Shown here in pieces: positions 1 to 9,075 of a stretch of DNA of 64,000 nucleotides; the first letter of the stretch is position 1; each line of letters starts with the position of its first letter. The stretch covers positions 1 to 64,000 of IMG/VR virus record IMGVR_UViG_3300048694_001005; one strand, given 5' to 3'. The notes under the pieces were generated by a model. That model had not been told where the DNA came from. It did not search any database and saw only the letters and a program-made list of their open reading frames with translations. This stretch comes from a virus. The position numbers and the translations under genes were made by a program.

Positions 1-1
1 T

Positions 2-157
2 TAAGTTAAAACTATCACCAACCAAACCCCAAAAAGCACTGGGATTTAGATCCCATTTGTAGTGATCCACTTTTTTGCATTGTGGCCAACCTTTGTATAA
101 ACTGTCAAAAACCCAACAGGCTTTACTAGATTTATTGACCGGATAAAATAAATTCAT
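2..157 (-). CDS. 5' part of a CDS running off the window start (MNLFYPVNKSSKACWVFDSLYKGW...), unknown, possibly glycosyltransferase-related
   Basis: Read manually: ATG at 157, open to the window edge; TTAAATA late box 5 nt upstream. Not in the ORF track. Confidence 0.6.
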   Translation of the reverse strand, partial: MNLFYPVNKSSKACWVFDSLYKGWPQCKKVDHYKWDLNPSAFWGLVGDSFNL

Positions 158-162
158 ATTGT

Positions 163-176
163 TATTTAAGTAAATA
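163..176. promoter_or_regulatory. Back-to-back divergent T4-type late promoter boxes (TTAAATA on -, GTAAATA on +)
   Basis: 163-169 (-) and 170-176 (+) match the NTAAATA box that recurs upstream of late genes in this window (T4 consensus TATAAATA). Confidence 0.55.
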
Positions 177-177
177 T

Positions 178-1044
178 TTGATGCTGGTCACATATTTTCC
201 AGAACAAGTTAGTATGGCAGGGAAACCTGTCATGGCAAAATTTATTGCTTCTATAGCTAAAACAGATACTGTTTTAACTAATACAATGGAAGCTGATATA
301 GCAGTAATTTGGAGTGTACTGTGGCAGGGCAGGATGCAGTATAATCATCAAGTTTACCAGTCTTTTAGATCAAAAAATAAACCTGTTGTAATCTTGGAAA
401 CCGGTAATCTATGTCGTGGGAAAACTTATAAAGTCTGTGTAAACAATATCAACGTCCAGGGTATACACGCAGGACAGTTTATAGAGACCGACAGATTACC
501 TAAGTTTGCACCGTTGTTTAAAACGGTACGTGGTGGTGAAAATATAATTATATGCTGTCAACAACAAAATAGTTTATTATGGCATGGGCAGCCTAGTGTT
601 GATAAATGGCTGCACGATCTAATTACTAAGATTAGAGCTAGTAGCAATAGACATATAGAGCTAAGGCCACACCCAAGACAACAATCAGTTGACTTTCACA
701 GTATTGCAGCTAGATACAAACGCACAACAGTGGTACAGCCAGTTAGAAATTACAAAAATGATACGGCAGATTTTGATGCAGCTTTACAACGCGCTCATTG
801 TATAATTGGCCACAATGCTGGTTCCGTAATTGAAGCGGCGGTTAAACACATACCCATCGTGGCGGATGTATCCAGTTTATGTAATTCAATCAGCAACAAC
901 ATTGATTGCATAGATAATGCAACTATACTCACTAATGACAATTGGTTAAAATTTATTGTTAGTACAGAATGGTTTGAGGAAGAAATTGCGGATGGGACAC
1001 CTTGGCTAGCATTACGTTCTAATGTTCTCCACGCAAAATGTTAA
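178..1044 (+). CDS. Glycosyltransferase/capsule-polysaccharide-modification-like protein
   Basis: GT-B-like C-terminal motifs ELRPHP and HNAGSVIEA. Probable start is ATG 181. Confidence 0.55.
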   Translation: MMLVTYFPEQVSMAGKPVMAKFIASIAKTDTVLTNTMEADIAVIWSVLWQGRMQYNHQVYQSFRSKNKPVVILETGNLCRGKTYKVCVNNINVQGIHAGQFIETDRLPKFAPLFKTVRGGENIIICCQQQNSLLWHGQPSVDKWLHDLITKIRASSNRHIELRPHPRQQSVDFHSIAARYKRTTVVQPVRNYKNDTADFDAALQRAHCIIGHNAGSVIEAAVKHIPIVADVSSLCNSISNNIDCIDNATILTNDNWLKFIVSTEWFEEEIADGTPWLALRSNVLHAKC

Positions 1045-1318
1045 CATAGGCTCGCTCTTGATATTGTTTAATAAGGCAAGCAAGTTCGTTGTAGTTAGCG
1101 GTTACGTCTTTATTGGCTAATTTGTTTAACTTCATTTGCCTAAAAAGATCATCAATATTTTGTTCCATTAAAAATAGATCAACACTGGCATCAATCTTGC
1201 TGGGTTTACCATCGTTTATTAACCTATGATCTATGTTACGCCACAGATTCCATTCGTTTATTAAGTCGTCAACATCCTGTGGATCTATCATACCTGTATG
1301 TCTTCCATGCCAGCGCAT
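1019..1318 (-). CDS. Hypothetical protein
   Basis: ORF track; overlaps the uvsY stop, in operon orientation. Confidence 0.5.
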   Translation of the reverse strand: MRWHGRHTGMIDPQDVDDLINEWNLWRNIDHRLINDGKPSKIDASVDLFLMEQNIDDLFRQMKLNKLANKDVTANYNELACLIKQYQERAYVNILRGEH

Positions 1319-1740
1319 CTTAATTTAGTTATGTGCGATAGCATCCACTGTTTACTTTCTAGCCCCTTCATTAAGCCAAGCCATTTGTTGCGTAGTAGGG
1401 CTACTTCATTAATCAGTGTTTCGTAATCAATTACCTCATCCTCACCATCAACGTATTTCTCTGCGTCACGTGCGGTTAGTGCTCTGGCGTAGTTTTCCAA
1501 ATACTTTTTGAAATGTCCGGTACGTATTTTACGTAGCTGCACATTCATGTAATTTAACACAGCTTCGATCTCTTGCAATTGATTGAATCTGTGCTCAGTT
1601 ATACCTGGCAAATCCCTAACATTACGTTCAACAATGCCACCAATACTTACATCACGACGAGCTGAATCTAGTTCAGATGTGTAATAATTGATAAAATCAG
1701 GCAAATTACTTATGTCGTCAACTACGCGGTTATACCACAT
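1288..1740 (-). CDS. uvsY: Recombination mediator UvsY-like protein
   Basis: 150 aa helical protein with AEKYVDGEDEV motif, near uvsX and gp32. Confidence 0.7.
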   Translation of the reverse strand: MWYNRVVDDISNLPDFINYYTSELDSARRDVSIGGIVERNVRDLPGITEHRFNQLQEIEAVLNYMNVQLRKIRTGHFKKYLENYARALTARDAEKYVDGEDEVIDYETLINEVALLRNKWLGLMKGLESKQWMLSHITKLRCAGMEDIQV

Positions 1741-3005
1741 AAAGCCTCATATTCTATAAGCCAGGGAAATACTTGGCGCCAATTAGTACCGCGCCTACGA
1801 TCTTTTTCATTCAAATATATAAACATATCACGAACTTCTTTTGTATCCATGCTGCTTTTTTCAATGCTTTGCCAAATACCTGTCATGTAAGACACCGCAT
1901 TATTTTCTTCCTCGGTAGTATTAGGCATTAATGATATAATCTTTTTAAAGTCTTCGTCAAATACTCCAGGGCCCAATATGTGTGGCTTTAACCATGTTGG
2001 CTCTGGCGTTACGCCACTAAAAAAGTGGCATACCTTACGCACCTTTCTCCAACCAGCCAACAACTCTAATAATTCTGGCATTGTTTTAATCGTCAGTGGA
2101 CTTATTGTTTGATTAATGTTTAAAACAATCCAGCGTTCTTGTAGTAGATATTCAAAGTTTTGCCGCCATTGATCAACTTTTAAACCATACCTTACATATT
2201 CTTGCGGCGCACCCCAACAATCTATGCTTGCGGTAAGGTCAAACCTTTTTATTTTTCTTTCTGCAACTAATTGTTTGATTTTTTCAATATAAGACTGTAA
2301 ACGCGGCTGTGCTATCATTAGGTTAGAAATTATATTGAGTTCACAGTCTGGGTTAGGGTTTCGTTCTATAGACTCCAACAGTTTGCTAGTTTCCTGTTGA
2401 TAGAATGGTTCTCCTCCCAATATATGAAACCGTTTTAGCTTGTGAAAGTTTTCATCAAACCACTTCCAAAAATGAGGTAATAGAGTTTCGTAGTGTTTAT
2501 CTTGTACTGGTTTTATAAGATAACGATCGCCCGATTTAAATGGTCCATGCTTTCTATCTTCTTCTGCTATCTTACTGCTGAGAAATGATGAGCAATACAA
2601 ACAAGCTAAATTACATGTATTGTTTAAAAAGACTTCCAAAATTGTAGGGGAAATATTTACCGCAGTGGGATCTGTTTCCAACTCTGGTGGCGACTGGTTG
2701 GGTATAGTTAAGTGTAACATGCGGTCGCTAAACCCACCAGACTCTTCAATTTTCTTGCAATAACCACAGCTTGTTTCCGGCCATTGTCCCGCTAACATGC
2801 TTTGTCTATCAGCAATTTTCACAGGCGTATTGTGAAAAGTATGAAAGTTTTCTGGCGTTAAATGACTGTTGGCGGTTCTATGGCAGGACATCGTTGTACC
2901 ATTATTAAGGTACAACGTGCTCCAGTTCCATTTTAACTGACAAGAAGTTGCGGTACGTATTGGAAAATACTTCTTAACTGTCGTCATCCTCAAGCATTTC
3001 GTCAT
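1722..3005 (-). CDS. Radical SAM protein with N-terminal Cys cluster (twitch/SPASM-like)
   Basis: CNLACLYC (CxxxCxxC), GGEPF motif, extra Cys (SCHR, SCGYC). True start may be 2987. Confidence 0.8.
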   Translation of the reverse strand: MTKCLRMTTVKKYFPIRTATSCQLKWNWSTLYLNNGTTMSCHRTANSHLTPENFHTFHNTPVKIADRQSMLAGQWPETSCGYCKKIEESGGFSDRMLHLTIPNQSPPELETDPTAVNISPTILEVFLNNTCNLACLYCSSFLSSKIAEEDRKHGPFKSGDRYLIKPVQDKHYETLLPHFWKWFDENFHKLKRFHILGGEPFYQQETSKLLESIERNPNPDCELNIISNLMIAQPRLQSYIEKIKQLVAERKIKRFDLTASIDCWGAPQEYVRYGLKVDQWRQNFEYLLQERWIVLNINQTISPLTIKTMPELLELLAGWRKVRKVCHFFSGVTPEPTWLKPHILGPGVFDEDFKKIISLMPNTTEEENNAVSYMTGIWQSIEKSSMDTKEVRDMFIYLNEKDRRRGTNWRQVFPWLIEYEALCGITA

Positions 3006-3195
3006 CGCCTGCGTATTCTTTGAAAGCTTTGCGCAATGCTCCGTCAGCGGCGGCGAACTCTTTTAAGTCATCATCACTTAAGTAATCCACCATCGTACTC
3101 ATAAGCGCATCTGCTGCTTCCTGCCTGTCTTTGGCTGGGATATATTCTTTCAAACTAAGATATACTTCAGCTAAAACTTCAACATCAATACTCAT
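2974..3195 (-). CDS. Small acidic hypothetical protein
   Basis: ORF track; SD-like AGGAGG upstream. Confidence 0.6.
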   Translation of the reverse strand: MSIDVEVLAEVYLSLKEYIPAKDRQEAADALMSTMVDYLSDDDLKEFAAADGALRKAFKEYAGDDEMLEDDDS

Positions 3196-3228
3196 TCAAT
3201 TGCCTCCTGTTTGCGTTTATAGTTGGGG

Positions 3229-4296
3229 TTATGTGTCTGAAGACTCTGCGACATCATCTGTTGTATTGTTTGCATGCAATTTCTTTTGGAATTCGCTCAT
3301 TACCAAATCAGCTATTCCATCTTCGTTACGATTCCATTCCTTGCGGAAATATTTATGTTCTTTTCCACTTAGATCAATATAAACATAACGATTGCCATCT
3401 TTGGATATGAGATTTCTCTTTTCCAACATTTCAAACAGTCCACTATACGGGTCCATGCCTTGGGTATATGGGATCTTAATTTCGATATCTTCAAATGGCT
3501 TCGCATAGCGAGTTTTCATAATTTTGCACCCCGCTCTAATTCCACGCACCTCGGATACCTTATTACCATCATCGTCTTCTTTTAGTTTGAGTTTTTTCAT
3601 GGCCACCACAATTGAACTTGCATAGATGAATCCCTGCCCGCCACTTATATTTGGATCAGGGCTATAAGGATCCTGACTCGCATACGTATGGTTAGTAGCA
3701 ACCAAACCAATATTTAAACTACCAAACATGTTTACACAGTTGCGAACTAATGCGGTCAGTGCTTTGGGTTTACGACCCATGTCACCTTTTAAGTCACCAG
3801 CATCAAACTGATTTACATCTGTGGGCGTCAATAACATTCCCAAACTATCCAAAACAAATAGGACCTTGGGGCGATCTGCTTCAGGAATTTCTTTGTAGCT
3901 TTTTACGAATTCACTGATCATTTTGGCTACATCATCAATCATAGCCATGTTCAGCTTGAGCAACTTGTCTTCACTGGTATCTACACCCAGGGCATGTAGC
4001 CAAGTTTCGTCTAGTGCATTTTCGCTGTCAATCAAAATCACATAAATGCCCTGTGCTTGTGCATTTTTGATTAGATTACCTGCACATATAAAACTTTTAC
4101 CAGCACCGGATTCTCCAGCAAATACGGTTACCTTACCTAGCGGAATTCCTTTGTAGAAATCTCCACTAATCAGATAATTGAGTGTATAATTATTAGTGCT
4201 GATCCAGTCAGTTGGGTCGTTAAACCCCACACTAATTCCATCAATTGCTTTGGTTATATTTTTTCTGAATTTACTTACATCAAAAGGTCGTTGCAT
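3229..4296 (-). CDS. uvsX: UvsX/RecA-like recombinase
   Basis: Walker A AGESGAGKS, IDSENA, Walker B LFVLDSLG, GDMGRKPKAL, SGGQGFIYASS. Confidence 0.93.
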   Translation of the reverse strand: MQRPFDVSKFRKNITKAIDGISVGFNDPTDWISTNNYTLNYLISGDFYKGIPLGKVTVFAGESGAGKSFICAGNLIKNAQAQGIYVILIDSENALDETWLHALGVDTSEDKLLKLNMAMIDDVAKMISEFVKSYKEIPEADRPKVLFVLDSLGMLLTPTDVNQFDAGDLKGDMGRKPKALTALVRNCVNMFGSLNIGLVATNHTYASQDPYSPDPNISGGQGFIYASSIVVAMKKLKLKEDDDGNKVSEVRGIRAGCKIMKTRYAKPFEDIEIKIPYTQGMDPYSGLFEMLEKRNLISKDGNRYVYIDLSGKEHKYFRKEWNRNEDGIADLVMSEFQKKLHANNTTDDVAESSDT

Positions 4297-4329
4297 ATTA
4301 ATCTCCCAGTTAGTTATTTTACTACAATC

Positions 4330-4365
4330 AAAAGAAAATCACTATGGGCCATAAGCCCATAGTGA
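4330..4365 (-). terminator. Rho-independent terminator after gp32
   Basis: 11-bp stem TCACTATGGGC/GCCCATAGTGA (4339-4365) followed by TTTTCTTTT on the minus strand. Confidence 0.8.
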
Positions 4366-4378
4366 CATGACAACTACA

Positions 4379-5368
4379 TTACTTCTTTTGACGTGCGCGG
4401 ATCATTGCCAAAATATCTTCAGCGCGTTGTCCGCTACCAGCAGCCTTGGGTGCAGCTGGCGTGTCTGCTTCAAAGGGAGGTTCATCTTCTGCGGCAGGTT
4501 TAGCTACAACCTTAAGAGCTGGTGCAGGTTTTGCTGCGGCTTCTTCTTCACCATCATCGCTGGCCGCGGCTGCTGCTGCGCCACCATTACCAGCAAAGCC
4601 GTTAGGCTTGTAGTATTGGCTCCAGCGATCAGGATCATAAGGCTGACCATCAACACTGGCTTCAAACATTTCTTTGATGACTTTCAGTTCAACTTCGCCG
4701 GGCTTCTTAGGCAAAAAGCTAGCCAAGTCAAACAGGCCATACTTTTCAATCGCAGCCAGTTCTTCTTCGGTCAACGCGCTTTCTTTGCGGCTCCATTTGC
4801 TGGTTGCGTAGTCCGCATAACCACCTTTGGTAGTCTTAGTAACGTGGAAATCAAGTCCACGCTCATAGTGCGTTGGCAGTTCCTCCAATTCCGGATCCAT
4901 CAATGCAGCTTTAACCAGATTCTGAATGCTGGGGCTGATAATGAAACGACGGATGGGATTCTCTGGATTGTCTTCGTTCAGTGCATCTTTGCGCACAAAA
5001 CCCTGGTAAAGGAAGCTACGCTTTTTCCAGTATTTGCGACCCATGTCTTCCAAGCTCTTGTCCTTGAACCACGGACGAACTTCGGTCAATACAGGGCAAG
5101 ATTCGTTCCAAGTTTCCATGCAAGGTACTTGTACAATAACTGGTTTGCTTTCCGCTTGACCTTTGATGCCAGCGAATGGCAATTTGATCATTGCGCGCTC
5201 AACCCAAAAGAATGAGTTGTTGGGATTACTATCGGGGAGGAAGCGCAGAATTGATGTTGCGCCTTCGGGAATGTTCCAGTGTGCGTAAATTCCTTTATCG
5301 CTGGAACCTTGCGTCTTTGTTTCTTGTTGCTGAAGCTTTGCTCTGATTTCTGCTAATGAAGTGGCCAT
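4379..5368 (-). CDS. gp32: T4 gp32-like single-stranded DNA-binding protein
   Basis: LRFLPD, CMETWNESCP, GRKYWKKRSF, YADYATSKW motifs; acidic/Ala-rich tail. Confidence 0.9.
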   Translation of the reverse strand: MATSLAEIRAKLQQQETKTQGSSDKGIYAHWNIPEGATSILRFLPDSNPNNSFFWVERAMIKLPFAGIKGQAESKPVIVQVPCMETWNESCPVLTEVRPWFKDKSLEDMGRKYWKKRSFLYQGFVRKDALNEDNPENPIRRFIISPSIQNLVKAALMDPELEELPTHYERGLDFHVTKTTKGGYADYATSKWSRKESALTEEELAAIEKYGLFDLASFLPKKPGEVELKVIKEMFEASVDGQPYDPDRWSQYYKPNGFAGNGGAAAAAASDDGEEEAAAKPAPALKVVAKPAAEDEPPFEADTPAAPKAAGSGQRAEDILAMIRARQKK

Positions 5369-5430
5369 AATTGTCTCCTTTAAAATGCCAAATGTGCCTA
5401 AATTTGCCTAATGCACATACTACACTGTGT

Positions 5431-5459
5431 AGTATATGCATTAGTATTTAGCAGGTCAA
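5431..5459 (-). promoter_or_regulatory. Sigma70 promoter of gp32 with a nested late box
   Basis: TTGACC (5459-5454), 17-nt spacer, TATACT (5436-5431); CTAAATA at 5451-5445 inside the spacer. Confidence 0.75.
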
Positions 5460-5485
5460 CAAAATAACCAACTTTTTTATTCGTT

Positions 5486-7267
5486 TTATGCTGCAGGTGG
5501 TTGCATTGGAGTACCAGGCGCAACTGGTGCTGCCGGTGCTGGCGCTGGTACTGGTGCAGCAGGTTGTTCTGGCGCAGGCGGTTGCTGCTGTTCTGGTTCT
5601 ACCGGCTGCTGTGGTGGTTCTACTACATCCTTTTCGTCATCATTGGTTTGTGGATATTTCTGTAATATTGTGTCAATCTTATCCGCATACTTTTTACCAA
5701 TTTCGTTGTCCTTAAGATGAGTCAGTATATCACTTATAAAGTGCATTTCATTTAGTTCGAATTCCTTGCCTTCTGGCTTGGCAGCTATTTGTAAAAATCT
5801 CACAATTACTAAAGGACGCACGTCACGATCAATTCCATGTGGCTCCTGAGACAAACTGCGTATTGCATCATTCAATTTATCATCATTGAATACCCGAGCC
5901 AAGTCTGCACTTACTGAACCATCTGGACCAGCAGGCAATGGTTTACTTAATAGTTTTAAAAACTGTGAAGATTTTTTGTTGTTGAGCGGCATATCTTCAT
6001 CTTCGCGCACCATACTACGCATTTCCTTGATATAGCTACGTACCAATTTGCTAGCCATATCTTTGTGAGTAGCAGATGCACCATGCCAATTCTCTACCAT
6101 ATTGCGAGCAAATTTACTCAATACTGAGTCGTGTTCTGCTAGCTTTGTGCTTACATTCTCCAGCATTTTTAAAACAAATGCAGTACTATCTTTGAACTCT
6201 ATAAGACTCAACATTTGTTTGTCTGATTCGTTTAGCCCAAATCTCTTACTGCCCTGAACAAATTCATCCACCTTCTTCAATAGATTAGCTGCTTCTCTTA
6301 TTTTGTGCTCGTATGCCTTAGCAATTAGTGGCATAGCTGACTCTAGTCTTTGATCAAAAGTCTTTTTAATGAACCTGCCCTTTAGTTCTTCATTTACTTC
6401 TACTTGTTCTTTACTGATTATTTCCTGGAAAGATTCCATGTAGTTGGAATAACCACGCTGACCTTTAAGCTTCTGCAAGGTTTCTTTTAACGTGTGATAG
6501 TATTCAACGGCGGCCTCTACTATTTCTGTCGTTGTCGCATCTTCAAACTGCTGGCGTCTACTTGTGTTAACAAAGTAACGCAGGTCTCGTAGTTGACCAA
6601 TTGCTTCAAAAATATGGCTACTGAAACCGTCATGAACTGCACCACCATTTGCAATATGGCGTGCCACTACTCTAGCACCTAACAAACTGTTTTCTGGTAA
6701 TAGGAAACGCTCGCCCTGGGCGTTCTCAAGATAAATTTTTGCAATATTGCGACTACGTGATCCCTGAATATTTTCATCAATAGGTTTGCTATGAACTACA
6801 ACAATGCGTACACCCTCAGTCATTTTTTGATAGCTACGTTTTGGATTCCCGTACATTGTGCTTTCATTTAAATTATCCAAGTCTTCTTCGGCCGCATGTG
6901 TTTTTGCAAAGGTTTTTAAATCTCTTAAATCCAAAGTTTTCTTGTTAATGTCACGAGCATCAAACGTCATCATGTTTCTCCGTGCAAAGTGCCTCAGACC
7001 TTTTAAAAACTTATACCATAGTTTTTTATCTAAGTCTTCATCATCGGTTATGTTTTTACTGTAAAATACCTTAAGACCTTTTTTATCTGCAATGGTAAGT
7101 GTTACTGTTCCAAATGAATCATTGCCCTGTTTATAGTCAAAACTAAAAAACCTAGCTTCTTCAGGATCAACGGTATCATTGGCTTTTTCATCGCCCAAAT
7201 TAAGGTCGTCAAAACGTGACTTTAACTTATCAAATAGTTCGGAGGAAATTTTTTCTATAGCTTTCAT
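5486..7267 (-). CDS. Hypothetical, probably virion/head-associated protein with Pro-rich C-terminus
   Basis: 593 aa ORF; late box 6 nt upstream; internal LNE|S-type putative protease sites. Confidence 0.6.
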   Translation of the reverse strand: MKAIEKISSELFDKLKSRFDDLNLGDEKANDTVDPEEARFFSFDYKQGNDSFGTVTLTIADKKGLKVFYSKNITDDEDLDKKLWYKFLKGLRHFARRNMMTFDARDINKKTLDLRDLKTFAKTHAAEEDLDNLNESTMYGNPKRSYQKMTEGVRIVVVHSKPIDENIQGSRSRNIAKIYLENAQGERFLLPENSLLGARVVARHIANGGAVHDGFSSHIFEAIGQLRDLRYFVNTSRRQQFEDATTTEIVEAAVEYYHTLKETLQKLKGQRGYSNYMESFQEIISKEQVEVNEELKGRFIKKTFDQRLESAMPLIAKAYEHKIREAANLLKKVDEFVQGSKRFGLNESDKQMLSLIEFKDSTAFVLKMLENVSTKLAEHDSVLSKFARNMVENWHGASATHKDMASKLVRSYIKEMRSMVREDEDMPLNNKKSSQFLKLLSKPLPAGPDGSVSADLARVFNDDKLNDAIRSLSQEPHGIDRDVRPLVIVRFLQIAAKPEGKEFELNEMHFISDILTHLKDNEIGKKYADKIDTILQKYPQTNDDEKDVVEPPQQPVEPEQQQPPAPEQPAAPVPAPAPAAPVAPGTPMQPPAA

Positions 7268-7281
7268 ATGATATATTTAGC

Positions 7282-8859
7282 TCACATAATGATGAAGGGC
7301 ATGGGTAAAATTAGATCCTCTAGGTTGTCCTGATCTCGCAATCTAGCATCTAATTCGGGGTCATAATTTTGCAAATGCACTAACATACGTACCGCAATTA
7401 GCGTGGCCATAACCAAATCGTCGGTTTCGCCCAGTTTTGCCTTGTAACTACCACCAGTAGCTATAAAATTCTTTAATTCGCTTACCAAGGTTTTGCTTTT
7501 TATTAGCAGTTTTTGTGATTCTACCAACTGTTTTAGCTTTGCACAGGCCGAAAGTTTGTTCATTTTACTAGTAGTGAAACCCTTCCTGTGTTGTCTAGCC
7601 GAGCCCTTTTTCAAGGGTTCGCTCATCATGAGTCCTGGTATATTTTCCTCACCGTAATCACGCAATGCTACTAGCCCAGCTTCGCCTACGGTATTGTTTT
7701 CCAAACTGTAATAAATTCTAGTGGGATCTTTAACCGTCTCTGCAATCATTTCTACTATTTCAGCTAAAATTTTAATTTGCTTTTCCACAGGAGTTTTATT
7801 GTGACACCATTCTGCAACTTGCTCGCAACTGGGCAGTTCAAAAACTTCTATCGCTGCAGGATCACCGCCAGTGCCTATACTAGGATCTAAACTTACCAAA
7901 TAGGTAGAATTTTTGTCTATGTTTTTATACCAACGTATTTGCCCAGTTTTGTTAATTGGGGCTTGTCCTTCCATGGTGCTTAGAAATAAGGGATTAATTA
8001 ATGTTTCTTCATCTCGTATGAATTCGCACTCCATTTCGCGACGGAATCGTTCTTCGCCTAATTGAGCTCGCTGCTCAGCTGCCCATGTCTCATCACGATC
8101 AGGATGTTCGTTCCAATATGCTCTAAATGCTTTAAACCCATTGCGCCCAACATCAGTCTCATTGCCATATTCATCCGTGCATTGATTTGCAGCATTCCAA
8201 ATCATAGCAAATTGATCTTCATCACTATTGGGTGTACTAGTTAAAATTGCTTTACCACCAGTAGACAACGTAGGGCTAATACTGGTCCAAAACTCCTGGG
8301 CTATAGTAGGTCGCACAAAGCTAAACTCGTCACAATATAGTAGGGTAATACTCATACCACGACCAGTATTTTCTGTTGTGGCTTGGCTAACAATCCTGCT
8401 GCCATTTTCAAATTCTATACTGCCCTTGTTATAACTAGTAACGCCGGCTCTTATATGATTAGGACACATTTCGTATGCATATCTTATACGTTGCATAATT
8501 TCCTGTGCACCTAAATATTTGTGTGCCGCCACTAATATGGTGCTGTCTGGCACAAACATTGCATACCATAACAAATAACCTGCAGCGGTTGCAGTTTTGC
8601 CCATTTGTCGCGGCAGCATATTAATGTTAAATCTATAATTATGATAGGTTGCTATTAAACGAACTTGGTAATCATAGGGTGCGTATAACATCTTGCCGCG
8701 TATTGGATGCTGAATATAAAAAAAGTGAGTGAGGAAATACAATGGCCCAGTAACCGGGTTAGCGCATTCTGCAAACTCTTTGAGTTCCTGCGACTTGTAA
8801 CTTTCCTGCCTGTGTGGTTTTTTAATTAATACCTGATCTAGTACACTAGGTGAACTCAT
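7282..8859 (-). CDS. gp17: Terminase large subunit
   Basis: Walker A PRQMGKT, Walker B LLYCDEF, STPN, nuclease LDPSIGTGGD and DDLVMA. Confidence 0.95.
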   Translation of the reverse strand: MSSPSVLDQVLIKKPHRQESYKSQELKEFAECANPVTGPLYFLTHFFYIQHPIRGKMLYAPYDYQVRLIATYHNYRFNINMLPRQMGKTATAAGYLLWYAMFVPDSTILVAAHKYLGAQEIMQRIRYAYEMCPNHIRAGVTSYNKGSIEFENGSRIVSQATTENTGRGMSITLLYCDEFSFVRPTIAQEFWTSISPTLSTGGKAILTSTPNSDEDQFAMIWNAANQCTDEYGNETDVGRNGFKAFRAYWNEHPDRDETWAAEQRAQLGEERFRREMECEFIRDEETLINPLFLSTMEGQAPINKTGQIRWYKNIDKNSTYLVSLDPSIGTGGDPAAIEVFELPSCEQVAEWCHNKTPVEKQIKILAEIVEMIAETVKDPTRIYYSLENNTVGEAGLVALRDYGEENIPGLMMSEPLKKGSARQHRKGFTTSKMNKLSACAKLKQLVESQKLLIKSKTLVSELKNFIATGGSYKAKLGETDDLVMATLIAVRMLVHLQNYDPELDARLRDQDNLEDLILPMPFIIM

Positions 8860-9074
8860 CGTTTCCTACCTCTAAATCCCACAGGTTTTTCGCCCGTTAA
8901 ATATGGGCGGCTGAACCAAAGTTTGAACCATTCGTCTGTTCCAGGTTTAATATTGTTCTCACGTTGGATATTGGCTTTCTCCTGGCCGGTTACGCTGATG
9001 TTGCTACCGGTATAAGGTTGCCAATTGGGCCGGTTGTTTATACCAGCCAAATATTGTAATTCCTTAATATCCAT
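8856..9074 (-). CDS. Small hypothetical protein
   Basis: ORF track; overlaps the gp17 start; N-terminal ELQYLAGI motif. Confidence 0.65.
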   Translation of the reverse strand: MDIKELQYLAGINNRPNWQPYTGSNISVTGQEKANIQRENNIKPGTDEWFKLWFSRPYLTGEKPVGFRGRKR

Positions 9075-9075
9075 T

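Noticed and set aside
4367-5215. 282-aa plus-strand ORF
   Set aside because: Antisense shadow of gp32; no SD or recognisable motifs. The same applies to most short opposite-strand ORFs in the track.
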